The translations under genes were made by a program, and so were the position numbers. The notes below the pieces were generated by a model. That model did not search any database. It was not told where the DNA came from and saw only the letters and a list, made by a program, of their open reading frames with translations. DNA of 48,581 nucleotides. Origin: Guillardia theta CCMP2712. Lineage: Eukaryota; Protista; Cryptophyta. The stretch covers positions 1-48,581 of the forward strand of contig NW_005434548.1 in the NCBI RefSeq assembly GCF_000315625.1. The letters are read 5' to 3'. The first letter of the stretch is position 1, and every line of letters starts with the position of its first letter. Below, one piece after another: positions 12,131-23,898 of the stretch.

Positions 12131-13093
12131 AGGATCCCCGCCGCCGCAAACCATGCAGCTCTCCCGAGATGGCCGCAACGCGCATGCACGACTGAAATCA
12201 TCATATTACTCCTCTGACATGACGCCATGCATACTCCTCTGACTACCCTCAATCCCTCTAGCGTACATGGTCCCATCCAAAAGCTTGCTCCACCACATTG
12301 ATCGCAACTTGCAGCGCATTTTTCTTAGCTGCAAGCGTGCATATAACAGGGAAAGTTACTATGCCATCATCTTCTGCTCTTCATCTACAACACAAAGTTC
12401 GTGTCATCCTCCTGTTTCTCTACTCTCCCACACCTTCTGATCATGCTGTACACTCGTTTTATCCAAAATCTTTTGCTACCAAGTTGCTGCCGTACTTTGA
12501 GTCCTGACTGTTCCTGGTGATCCAGTCGACCTCATGTGCTCCTTCACCTTCCTTCCATCACTCTAGAGAACATACTATCTGTAATCTTAACGAAATTCCC
12601 CCCTCTCCTGTCCCCTGTTCGGTCTTTCCCTGATGCCGACTGTGTCTCTTCACTTCTGACAGACCTGTGGCTCGCTCGTTTTTGCATTTTGCGAAACATC
12701 CTTGTGTGGCTCTTTCATAGTTGACAAGTGTATGATGTGTCTGTGTCTCCATAAAAATACTCCCTTCAATGCTGCAGTTTCGATCCGTTGCTAAATTTTG
12801 GTAGATTTACCTTCCAACCGATGCAACTCAAGCGAACGTGCTTCAATTTTGACAAAATATGTCTGCGCATTGCACTTTGGTGATTTTTCAGGCATCTATG
12901 GTTCATTAGATACAGCTTACAGCTTTGTTGAGTGGATTATCTAGCCTCCATAGACTTTCACACCATTCTCTCAGACCACTTCTGTTTCTCTGCATAACGT
13001 CCCTTGCCGCCCATTCTCAGCGCTTTCTCCTCCTCGGATCCTTTCATGCGATACTAACTGCTTCCTCAGAGTGCAGGCCAAATTGGTGTCGCC

Positions 13094-16000
13094 ATGGATC
13101 AGCCTTCAGAGACGGGGGGCTTAGGCAGCAAACGACCTGCAACCAGCGACCCCCCTGGTACGGTCCCAGAAGCGAAGATCGCCCGAACGACAGGAAGCGT
13201 CACTGAAACCTTCGGTGAAGGAGCCTCTCCCCCCATCTCGCTGCCGCCTATAACGACTGGTGGGAATGGTGGACTCGGAATCCTACCCAAACCTGGCTCG
13301 CTGCCTGCAACTGTTCCTCAGGGCCTCAGCGCGCAGGTCACGCCGTCCATGCTGCATCAGGCAAGCACGTTGCAGAGGAACGTGATCCCGTCCGGCAAGC
13401 CTGTCTTGTCTCATCCCAGCCCTTTGGCCTCCTCTGTGACTCCTCAGGTCCTTCCTTCGCCTCTCATGCTCAACCCGCAGGCAGGTGGAGCAGGACAGTC
13501 GCCACTGACTCCGGGCCTCACGGGCCCAACCTTGCAGCCACTTTCAAGTCTCACTCAAGCAACAACGGGACCTCTAGGTCCAAAGCCTGGCAACCCGGGT
13601 ATTGCTCCTATCCAGCAATCCGTCCCGCACATTGGAAGCTTGCCGTCAGCACCGCAGCCCAACAAGCCCCCGCAGCAGCATGTTCCACAGGCTCTGAGCA
13701 GCATTGCTTCGTCGGCAGGAGACGGATATGTCGTCAGAAGCCCTGGAAATCCTGGAATGGCCGGTCGGGTCAACGATGCGAAGAAGCAGCTGAAGGAAAC
13801 AGATGCTCTGGACTATTTGAACCAAGTCAAGAGTCAGTTTGGAGACAACCCTGAGGTCTACAACAAATTCTTGGATATCATGAAGGACTTCAAATCCCAT
13901 TCTATCGACACCCAGAAGGTGATTGAAAGGGTGTCGAAACTTTTCTCGGGCCATCAAAATTTGATTTTGGGATTCAACACGTTTCTTCCTCAGGGTTACA
14001 AGATTGAAATCCGGCAGCCGACAGGTCAGGCCCCGACTGGACCCAACAATCCAATGGCCTCTGCAATGCCACAAATGCAAGCAAACAAAAAACCGACTCA
14101 AGCAGCGAAAAAAAGTGCCCCTGAATTCGATCATGCTTACTCATATGTCTCGAAGATCAAGCAGCGATTTGCAAACGACCAGGAAGTCTACCAGAAATTT
14201 TTGCAGATCCTTCAGAGGTACAAGGAGGAAGGATCGGCGATTGCGCAGGTCAAGCAGCAGGTCGCTGAACTTTTTGCTGGTCATGATGATTTGCTTGGAG
14301 AATTTGGAAACTTCCTGCCAGACCCCGCAAACAAAGCAACGAATCCGCAGAAAACTGTCAAGAAGAACAAGCCAGTTACAGTCAAGACTGAAGGCGACAA
14401 GAATGCAGGTCAGAGCACAATGCAGGCTACCGCCTATGCTTCTGCGCAATCAACGTCGCAACCACAAGATTCTAACGCAAAGCAACAAACGAGCGCAGTA
14501 AAGTCCAAGACAGAGTCAACGAAACAGGAGCAAGGCTCGTCGCAATCCTCGTCGTCCAAGTCTAAGAAGGTTGAGAAGAAGTCGGAGGCTGTGGATCTAC
14601 ACAAAGAAGTAGCCTTGCTGGAAAAACTGAAGCAGAAACTGATGGAGCAAGGATCGAATTGCTACTCGGATTTTTTGAAGTGTGTCAGTCTCTACATTCA
14701 AGATGTTTTGTCTGCACATGAGTTGGTGACAGTTCTTGAGGATATGATGGTCAGCCCAGGCATCCGCGAAATTTTTGACGACTTGAAGGGTTTCCTGGGT
14801 ATAAGAGAAGGTTCAGGAAACAAGTATAAGTACCACATCCCAATCAGCGAGATCGATTTCAGCAATTGCCTTTCGGCTGGAATCAGCTACAAGAGCCTCC
14901 CGAAGGACTACCCACTACCGGCTTGTTCTGGGAGAACAGAATTGTGCGAATTTGTCCTCAACGATGAATGGGTTTCGGTTCCATCCGGATCAGAAGACTT
15001 CAATTACACTCATTACAGGAAAAACCAGTACGAAGAGTCACTATTCAAGTGTGAGGACGATCGATTCGAACTGGACATGTTGATTGAAGCAAATGCTTCA
15101 ACTTTGAGACTCTTGGAGCAGATTGTGGATGAAAATGACAAGGATAGGAGCCGAGCTCAGAAGCTGAATCTGTCTTCACTCAAGGCAATCCACTTCAAGG
15201 CGATCGAACGAGTCTACGGAGATTATGGTCCGGAAATTGTTGAACATCTCAAGAGAGCTCCTCGTGTTGCGCTCAATGTCGTCTTGCCGAGACTGAGGCA
15301 GAAAGATGATGAATGGAGGAAAGCGCGACGAGACATGAACAAGATCTGGCGAGAAGTATACAAGGACAACTACTACAAGTCGTTGGATCATCGCAGTTTC
15401 TACTTCAAGCAGGTAGACAAGAAGGGATTGAGTGCCAAGAACTTCCTGTATGAGATCCGATCTGCGTACGACTTTGGGATGTCGAGCCAAACGGAAACTC
15501 CTTTCTTGACATTTGACATGGGAAGGAGGGATATCCACATGGACATTCTCGAAATTGTGAGCAAAAGCGCATCAACTGAATTCCTGGAAGGAGCCGAAGC
15601 AAGAGTTACGAAGTTCTTCACTTCATTCGTTCATGTCATGTTTGGATTAAAGAAGCGAAGCCTCGAGGACTTGAAGGCGAAGGCTAGATGCCTTGGACGC
15701 AAGGAGAGAAGGTATGAAACCTTGACAGAAAGACAGAGCAGCTCGGCTACGAAGAAGTCGACTCCTCTTGAAACGAAGGATCAGGATGAGGAGATGAAAG
15801 ATGAAGATGAAGAACCGAAAACTGAGAATGCGGGTGAAGGCGTGAGTGCCAAGGAAACGGAAGAAGCGGACGATCTCGCTGAAGAAGAGTCCTTGAAAGG
15901 TAGCAAGAGTGGGAAGGCCAAGGATGACGAGGACGACGAGGACGAGGACGACGAGGATGCGGAAGAAGAGGAAGAGGGCTCGGAGGAGGAGGAAGAAGAT

Positions 16001-17949
16001 CTGTGGCAAGCTGTTCACAATCTTTCGCCTGATTGGATCCCGTTGAAGATATATTCCGATGCTGAGGAACGAGACCTCGATCCTAATGCGATCAAAGTCG
16101 ATCAAGGCGTGAAGGTCTTCTATGGGAATCTATCATGCTACGTCTTCTTCCGGCTGTATCAGAAGCTGTATGAAAGGCTTCTGAAAGCCAAGGAACTTTC
16201 TGCAGCGATGCAAAAACAAGCCGACGATGACGCAGATCTGCGAGAGGGAAACGAAGGCAAAGCTGGCAAGAAGAGCACTGAGGGAGAAGAGGAGGAGGGC
16301 AAGGCAGGAGGTGACTGCGCGATGTCTGCTCAAGAGTCGGTGTACGACAAGTTCATGCGGATGCTGGTGCAGCTAGTGGAGGGAAGCATAGATACCTCCA
16401 AGTTCGAGGATGACTGCAGGATGCTTCTGGGGACCAACTCTTACGAGCTGTATACTCTAGAGAAAGTGGTCGAGAAGCTGCTGGGTCAGGTGCAGGCCCT
16501 GACTTCGGAGATAAGCACGCAGAGCGGCTCTCGGCATCTCGCGCTGCACGAGTATGAACGTGTACGAGCTGGGATGGAAGCGTCGGAGGCGGAGCTCGAT
16601 GAGAAGTCGTCGACGGAGTACTTCAGCAACGCTTCGTACCTGACCGGAGAGGACGGGTGCTTCGGTTTCTTCTTCGATACCAAGCGTGACGTCCTGACGC
16701 TCGCCCTGCTGGAGATGAAGCATAGTGGGAAGTGCGATCACAAGTGCGAGAAGAGAAAAGAGGACTGGTTCGACGATTTCGTCGCAATCGGCAGCGTGAT
16801 TGAAGACCGAGAGAAAGTTCCTTATCTGATCAGGAACCTCGAGAAGAAGTCAAGTGACGAAGCCAGTAAGCGAATACTTGTTGAAGAGCTGGAGCAGTAT
16901 GCTGGGTTGGAGATGCGATATGGCGAAGACAAAGTGACTTTCTGTGCTCACACCTGGGACTACCAACACAGACCAAAACGTTTCAGGTGTCCTGCAAATT
17001 TCAATACCAGCATGCGATCCGAGAAGGTGAGGATGTGGCAAGAGGAGCGCCTGAAGAGGATACCGATGGAGGTGGAGGAGGAGGAAGCGAGAAAGAAGCT
17101 GGAGGTGAAGGAGGCCGAGAACAGCCCGGACAGTGAGGAGGAGGCAGGGACAGATGCGGAGATGACGAACACGGATGTCGCGAACGATGCTGAGGATGAG
17201 CAGAACGACAACGAGCAGGAAGACGATGGAGGTTTCGACCACCTGGTGGAGGAGGCCGGGCGATACAGCAAGGAGCTGAGTGAGAATGACTTGCAGCCAG
17301 ACGAGAACTCTCAGGTAAGAGGTGCTCGATGATAGTCCTTGCTGTGAACTTGCGTGCAGGACCAGGCAGAGAGGTCGGAACAAGCTGAGCCTGAAGCTCA
17401 AGCCGAGGAGGGGCCGGAGGAGGGACAAGAACAAGGTGGGGAGCCCGAGCAGCAGCAGCAACAGGAGGAGCAGGAGGAGCAGGAGACGAGGCCGCGACGG
17501 AGCTCAAAGAGGGGAGAGAGGACCTCGAGGAGGGAGAAGGGCAAAGTCGTTGAGCAGACCAGCCCAGCAGAGGTGAGAAGTGTGCGCTGCTTGTGCTGGA
17601 GATGACCTTGGCTACCCTCAGCCCGAGAGCAAGGGAGAAGCAGAGAGCAGTGGGGACGCGAAAGGAAAGACATCCAAGACAGAGGTGAGGAAGAGGAGGC
17701 CTGACAGCGGCGGGGGAGAGAGGATCGAGAGGGGTAGGAGGGAGAGGGGAGGGGTCCAGGGGAGGCGCAGTGCAAGTTGGGGGTCAGAGGAGGGGGTGGG
17801 AGAGTTGGCAGGGAGAGCAGGAGGGAATCTGAAACCATGGCGTTTGATAGGAGGAGAAGGGCGAGAGCGAGGAGGGCGAGAGGAAAGCCGGAGCAGAGAA
17901 AGACTCTTCGTCTCGACAAGGGAGGAGGAGCAGCCGGTCAAGGAGATGA
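13094..17949 (+). CDS. SIN3: Sin3 histone deacetylase co-repressor scaffold
   Basis: PAH1 (DALDYLNQVKSQF...YNKFLDIMKDFKS...LILGFNTFLPQGY), PAH2 (EFDHAYSYVSKIKQRF...), PAH3, HDAC-interaction domain (CSGRTELCEFVLNDEWVSVPSGSED...KNQYEESLFKCEDDRFELD; YYKSLDHRSFYFKQ) and Sin3_C (YVFFRLYQKLYERL; FEDDCRMLLGTNSYELYT). One ~4.2-kb exon to 17313, then three short exons ending ...GRRSSRSRR* at 17949. Confidence 0.96.
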
Positions 17950-18132
17950 CGGGCAAGCTGCTCGCTTCTTGCCCCCTGAGCTCGTCCTGTGCTAGCAGCA
18001 CGATCGATGAGAGCTCTGGCGAGCCAGTCACGGCAGCAACTCGTAAAGACCTCGTGACATTCATATCAACCTTGAAAATTTTGAAACATGACAATCTCCC
18101 TCCCCAGCACCATCTCAGCTATCCACAGGCCT

Positions 18133-20752
18133 CTAGAGCTGGCTGGTCTCAGCCTCGGCGACCCGCTGGTCGATCACCCGCTCGATCTCCTCCCTCACGT
18201 GCCTCGTCTGGGCCTGCTGGGGGTCAGGTGGAAGACGAGCAGGGGAGGAGAAGTTTCACCGCCTGGAGGTTCATAACCTTCTCGAGGTTGCGCATGCTCG
18301 AGTCGATGCTCTTGCCGAGATTCTGTTGAGAGGTCAAGAGGAGGGACGCGGAAGATGCCAAGTCCTCCTCCCCCTCCTCCCCCCCCCCCCACTCCTCCTC
18401 CTCTTCCCTCTTCCTCCATCTACTCTCCTCCTCCTGTCCGCACGCTGACCTCATCTTTTCCTCTTTCGTCCCCCTTATTCCTCTAACTCCACCCTCCACC
18501 TGACTCTCACACACCCAGTCTCCCTCCTCCCCGCACCCGCTCTCCTTCTCATCCCTCTCTTCTCCCCTCCTCAGACCTGCAAGCTCTCATGCAGGGAAGC
18601 GGCTTCCTCCTTGCTCAAGCTGCAGTTGATGGAGCTCAGCTCGTTCTCGCTGCGGTATCTCTCCACGTTCCGAATGACTTGCTGCACCTCCTCCTCGAAA
18701 CTTTCGCTGCCTGTCAGCCGCGTCAGCCGCGTCCCCTCCCTCCTCCCCGTCACCCCCGTTGAGTATTTCCGACAGCCTCTTGGACGGCCTGCCAAGTTTG
18801 TCAGGCAGGAAGGAGGAGGAGATGGGGGAGGAGGGAGGAGAAGAAAGGAGGGAGCGAGGTTGGAGATCAAGAGCAGGAACGAGAGGAGGAGGAGAAAGGA
18901 AGGAGGGAGACGCGAAAACCAGAGTGAACGGGGCAAAGAGCAAAGAAAAGCCAAAGGAGGAGGAGGTAAAGGTGCTGGGGAGGATCGAGAAAAGGTACCG
19001 AATAGCCGGATGTTCTAGGGCCTCTCCCTCCCTCCCTCCTCCTCCTCCTGTAGCCGCGAACTTCTTGGCCGTAGAGGGGAAGACAGACAAGGGCGACGAG
19101 ATGGACCGCATGCTGAGGGAGATGGGAGACATCCCGCAGAACTCCATCAAGTCGTTCTCCACCTCCCTCCTTGCGAGCTTGCTCGTCCTGGCCTTCATGC
19201 GCATCCTCCCACTCCATGCACTGGAGCTGTCTGCGTCTCCTGCCGCCGTCCCGACCATGTCCTTGAACAGGTCTTGCTGTACCGCATCATCAGCTTGAAG
19301 CAAGCCCGACCCTCCGTCCTCCGCATTCGATCCCTCCTCGTCCTCCTCCTCCCTCCCAGCACGAAACCAGACTCTGCTCCTCCCGCTCGCACTCGTGACT
19401 CCATCCCCTCCCGTCTTCAAGGCTGTCGACCAGGGGGGCTGCAGGGCGGGAGGGTCTGGGCTGGTTTGATCGCTCATCCTCCATGTCTGACTTCTCTTCG
19501 CTCCCGTCCTGCTCAGCATCGCGTCCATCACACGCGATCGCTCGGGGGTGAAAGTCAAGCTCGCTCCTCGGAAGGAGTCCATCCCCATCAAAAGTTCCGC
19601 TGCATCTCCATTCTCCTCCACCACCGCCTCTTCCTCCTTGTTCCTCCCCTTCCTCATCTCAGCCGTCTCCGTCTCATCCTTGTTCTCCTTCTCTTTCTCC
19701 TCCTCCTTCTCCTTCTCCTTCTCCTTCTCCTTCTCCTCCTTCTCCTTCTCCTCCTCAGCTTCATTCTCCTGCTCCTCTTTCCTCCAGCTCTCAGCACCAG
19801 CCACGTCTACGTACGCAGCTTCTGGGGGTCAACCGTCAGGTCAAGGAGCAAGGCGAGGCGAGCCCACCTGACTGTCGGCTCCTCCTGCTGCTGGGAGCAA
19901 GCTCGGCATCAGCATCAGGATCCCTGCGGTGAGCCATCGCTCCGCCTGACTCGCCTCCTCGGCTGTGGTAGGAAGTGGTTTCCTCCAGTCGAGAAGAGCT
20001 GGTGTCGTTCGGTGGGTGAGAAGGAGCGACGGGTCTGGAGGAGATGGAGGGGGAGGCGTGCAGTGATAGCGCTCCTGGTCCTGCTGGTGACATGTCATTG
20101 CTATCAACAACGACGAGACCTCAGTAGATCGCGCGCACGAAGACAAACGGGACATGAACACAGTGACATGCAAGATGATCGCAGAAGCAACAAGGTGTGA
20201 GACAGTCAGACAAGGAAAACGCAGAAGCAAACAAGATACACGGCAGCAAACAACATGTTCACAGTCTCAACAAGCTTTGCGACGTTCACACTCTTCCTCA
20301 TCCCCACCATCTCCCTCACGAGTCTGTCGGTAGACGCTTGTCCTGTCTGTGACATACGACAAGATCCCGTCTATCCTCCTGCTCAACCCAACCATCCCCT
20401 CAGTCATCTACATCGTCACCTTCACACCCTCACCTTCCCGTCCTCGTGATCGACCGCTCGAGCGTATCCGCTACCTGCGCTGATATCCCTCCGTCATTGG
20501 ACTGCTCGATCCCTTCCAGCGTCTGTTTCGCTCTTCTCAGAGCATCCTGCACCGCATGCTGCAAACGACGTCAGGCAGGGAAGCTGCCGCAAGAGGACCA
20601 GACGTGGTCATGGAAGCTGAAGTTGGCTCCTGACGTCGACCCCGACGAGAACAGGTCGCTCCTCCTCATCGATCACGCGAGCATGATAGGGAAACTGACG
20701 GCAGCAGCGAGGTCAGGACGAGTGCCAGCCAAACTGCACCAAGCAAATCCAT
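18133..20752 (-). CDS. Multi-exon protein of unknown function with predicted N-terminal signal peptide, acidic low-complexity middle and coiled-coil C-terminus
   Basis: MDLLGAVWLALVLTSLLP at 20752. Exons HAVQDALRRAKQTLEGIEQ, ASTDRLVREMVGMRKSVNVAKLVE, a long exon within ORF 18587-19804, SFEEEVQQVIRNVERYRSENEL, NLGKSIDSSMRNLEK, HVREEIERVIDQRVAEAETSQL*. Confidence 0.5.
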
Positions 20753-21522
20753 GACAGGAGGGAGGAGGAGGAGGAGGGAAATGGTTGAAACATCCAGGTT
20801 GGTACAGATTTGTCGTGGGAGGAGGAGCAGAGGGTACATGGAGCCTCCTGGCGACCCAGGGGACCCCAGCAGAGGAAGTGGAAGAGAGGAAGGAGTGAAG
20901 GTGCAGAGGAAACAATTGAAGAGCAGGGAAACAGAGGTCAGCGGCAAGGGATCGTAGGCATTGAGGAGTATGGACTAGATGATGGAAGGCTGTCTAATCC
21001 ATCGGGAAAGGAAGGCGATGAGAGGGGAGGGATAGAGACGGTAGGAAAGACATACGTTGAAGAGGAAGGGTGAAAGCAATAAGAGTTTTGGCAAGTAGAA
21101 AGTGAGATCGAGTGGGTTGTTGAAACGTTGGCGAAGAACGGAAAGTGCAGGTGAATATCAGGGGGAAGCAACGAGGCGGGTCCGAAGTATGACGAGGAGG
21201 AGTTGGAGCTGGAGCACGTCGGGGATGAGTAGGAGCAGAAAAAGCAAAGGAGGGGGAATAGACAACAATAGGAACAGCAGCAACGAGGAGAACGAGAAGA
21301 CGAGGGCAAGGACGAGGAGGAGAAAGAGGAGGACGAAGACGAGAAGGAGAAGGAGGAGGAAGAGGAGGATCAGGAAGACGAGAAGGAGAAGGAGGAGGAT
21401 CAGGAGGACGAGGAGGTGGAAGTGGTGGTGGTGCCAGAAGCCGAGGTGGTCAAGTTTCGCAATGGGCAGCCATGATACTCGATTTTTTACTCAAGTGAGA
21501 ATATTTTCAAAAGACTACTAAA

Positions 21523-21845
21523 GCCATCCGAGAGTCGGATCCCACTGGGCCACTCAGTGACTGTCCGGGCCGCGCCGGCGGCCGGCGGTCACTGCCGCGG
21601 CCGCGCCAGTGACAGTGACCACCGGGTCACTGGTTTCACGCCGGGCGCGGGGCCGCCTTTGAACGTGGCCGCATTCAAATTCAATTTCAAATCTCCCCAT
21701 TCATATCTTGTCAAAGCCACTGTAAGTTTCAAACCTATTGAGAGTGGGACCGGGCGGCACAGCCCCCTACGTGACTACTAAAAACTAACTTGCAACGGTA
21801 CGGTGGCCTTGAAGGGTGACAAACTTACCACCCCTACCCCTTTCA
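21523..21845 (+). promoter_or_regulatory. CCGG/GTGAC-rich intergenic block plus TACCCC motif upstream of the Myb gene
   Basis: Dense CCGG, GGCC and (CA)GTGAC words, then ttaccacccctacccc at 21826-21841. Confidence 0.4.
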
Positions 21846-22143
21846 GTGACGGACCAACTGGCATGCAGACTCGCTGCCTCTGATTTCTCCTGCTCCCCGA
21901 CCCTCTCTAGGCTCCTCCTCCAAGCCCTACAAGAACCGTCCAGTCTCCTCTGCCTTCGTGTTTCTCCACCAGCCACTGCCCCCCTCTACACCGCCAGATC
22001 CCCTCTGTGTCCCCGACCTCCTCTCTACCCTCCTCCCTTCCTCTCCTGCAGTCCCCCGCCCCCCCCGCCTGTCGCCATACGCGCAGCCGTCGTCTCGTCG
22101 GTCCTATCCAAGCCACGTCCCCTTTTGACGCGACGCTCTCGCC

Positions 22144-22611
22144 ATGGACCCAGAGCTGCCTGCGCCCTCCGACGAGCCATGGAACTACTCGCTCGTCGCC
22201 TTCGTCCTCGCCTACGACGAGGCTCCTCCTCCTGCCCCTCCTCAAGACCCGTCGCCCAGCTCCGGAGCCCCCGCCGCCCCCGCCGCCCCCGCCGCCCCCG
22301 CCGTGCCCAGCTCGAGCCAGGCTGAAGAGCGGCAACGCGACCCTCGTAACCGCTGGACGCCTCTCGAGCATGCTCGCTTCGTCAAGGCCCTGCGCGCCTA
22401 CCAGTCGACGACGAGTACGAGCGAGACCAGCGACGGAGGACGAGGAGCGGTGCTGGGGCCCGGGGTCGCGCGGAAGATCGCCGAGTACGTCAAGACTCGC
22501 ACGGAGTCGCAGGTGCGATCGCATGCGCAGAAGTACTTCCGTCAGCTGCAGAAGGACCGGGAGGAGGGGAGACCCGCGGGGAGAGGTCAAGACGGAGCGG
22601 GAGAGAGCTGA
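22144..22611 (+). CDS. Single-repeat Myb-like (SHAQKYF class) transcription factor
   Basis: Intronless 155-aa ORF with RNRWTPLEHARFVKAL...KIAEYVKTRTESQVRSHAQKYF. Confidence 0.9.
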   Translation: MDPELPAPSDEPWNYSLVAFVLAYDEAPPPAPPQDPSPSSGAPAAPAAPAAPAVPSSSQAEERQRDPRNRWTPLEHARFVKALRAYQSTTSTSETSDGGRGAVLGPGVARKIAEYVKTRTESQVRSHAQKYFRQLQKDREEGRPAGRGQDGAGES

Positions 22612-23154
22612 GGGGGCTCTCTCGAGGATGAGATTGGTATTTCTAGCCCTGGCTCAGCTCTGATCATGAAACTGAGTCAAGATGAACATTCCTAGCGGAT
22701 GAATCTGTGTGTCAGGTTTGCAACATCAACGAAGAATGCTCGTGCCGCAATCCAGGTTTGTCCAACAGTTTGAGAAGCACTCGTTCAGCCTTTAAGGGTT
22801 GTTACTTTTCTTGTTCCATGAGTTGCTTATATCCGAGTGGGTTTTCAGTCTCTCTCTTTGCTCCTACATATCTTTCAATCTCAGTCAAGCCCGGACGCAT
22901 CAAGTTCGTCTCAGTGATGCAGCCCTAGCATTGATGCATCTGCAAGCTTGGAGCACCATCGCGCCTGCGCAGGCCTCCGAGCAAACATAGCTGCCTTGGA
23001 TACTAACAGATACCCGCATTGACGATGTTTAGTCACAATCCCTGTCGCTATGTGACAACTTTGAGTCTGAACTGTAACGTGAGATAAAACTTGCAGTGAG
23101 CATGGATGAGTCATCAACCTCACCGTAAACCACTCCGACTCAGCTTTCTCTTTC

Positions 23155-23408
23155 CAGATGATAGTCGTTGACTTCTCGTTACATCCTTCAGCTTCTCTTC
23201 TCAGATGATAGTCGTTGACTTCTCGTTACATCCGTCAGCTTGTCTTCTTCAGATGATAGTCGTTGTCTTCTTGTTACATCCTTCAGCTTGTCTTCTTCAG
23301 ATGATAGTCGTTGTCTTCTTGTTACATCCTTCAGCTTGTCTTGTCAGATGATAGTCGTTGTCTTCTTGTTACATCCTTCAGCTTGGATGTAACAAGAAGA
23401 CAACGACT
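23155..23408. repeat. Five tandem 47-48-bp units ending in a 24-bp perfect fold-back
   Basis: Units start at 23155, 23202, 23250, 23298 and 23345 (CAGATGATAGTCGTTG...ACATCCTTCAGCTT). 23385-23408 is the reverse complement of 23353-23376. Confidence 0.92.
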
Positions 23409-23520
23409 CTGCTCCTCCTCTGGCCGTATATCCCTCCAATCCCTGTCCTCAACTTCCTCTCTACCGCCTCTTAGCGCCTTCTGATCAGCTCATCCTCTGT
23501 CTTCCCTCACTGCTCTCTCC

Positions 23521-23898
23521 CTGGACCCAGAGCTGCCTGCGCCCTCCGACGAGCCATGGAACTACTCGCTCGTCGCCTTCGTCCTCGCCTACGACGAGGC
23601 TCCTCCTCCTGCCCCTCCTCATGACCCGTCGCCCAGCTCCGGAGCCCCTGCCGCCCCCGCCGTGTCCATCAAGGCCCTGCGCGCCTACCAGTCGACGACG
23701 AGTACGAGCGAGACCAGCGACGGAGGACGAGGAGCGGTGCTGGGGCCCGGGGTCGCGCGGAAGATCGCCGAGTACGTCAAGACTCGCACGGAGTCGCAGG
23801 TGCGATCGCATGCGCAGAAGTACTTCCGTCAGCTGCAGAAGGACCGGGAGGAGGGGAGACCCGCGGGGAGAGGTCAAGACGGAGCGGGAGAGAGCTGA
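23521..23898 (+). pseudogene. Tandem duplicate of the SHAQKYF Myb gene: ATG changed to CTG and in-frame deletion of Myb helix 1
   Basis: Near-identical to 22144-22611 but starts ctggacccagag and reads ...PAVSIKALRAY, lacking SSQAEERQRDPRNRWTPLEHARF. Confidence 0.8.

Noticed and set aside
13094-22611. Functional cluster of Sin3 with the Myb factor
   Set aside because: Proximity alone is not evidence in a eukaryotic genome, and an unrelated gene lies between them.
23155-23408. CRISPR-like array
   Set aside because: Units are contiguous with no unique spacers, there are no cas genes, and the context is eukaryotic. It is a minisatellite.
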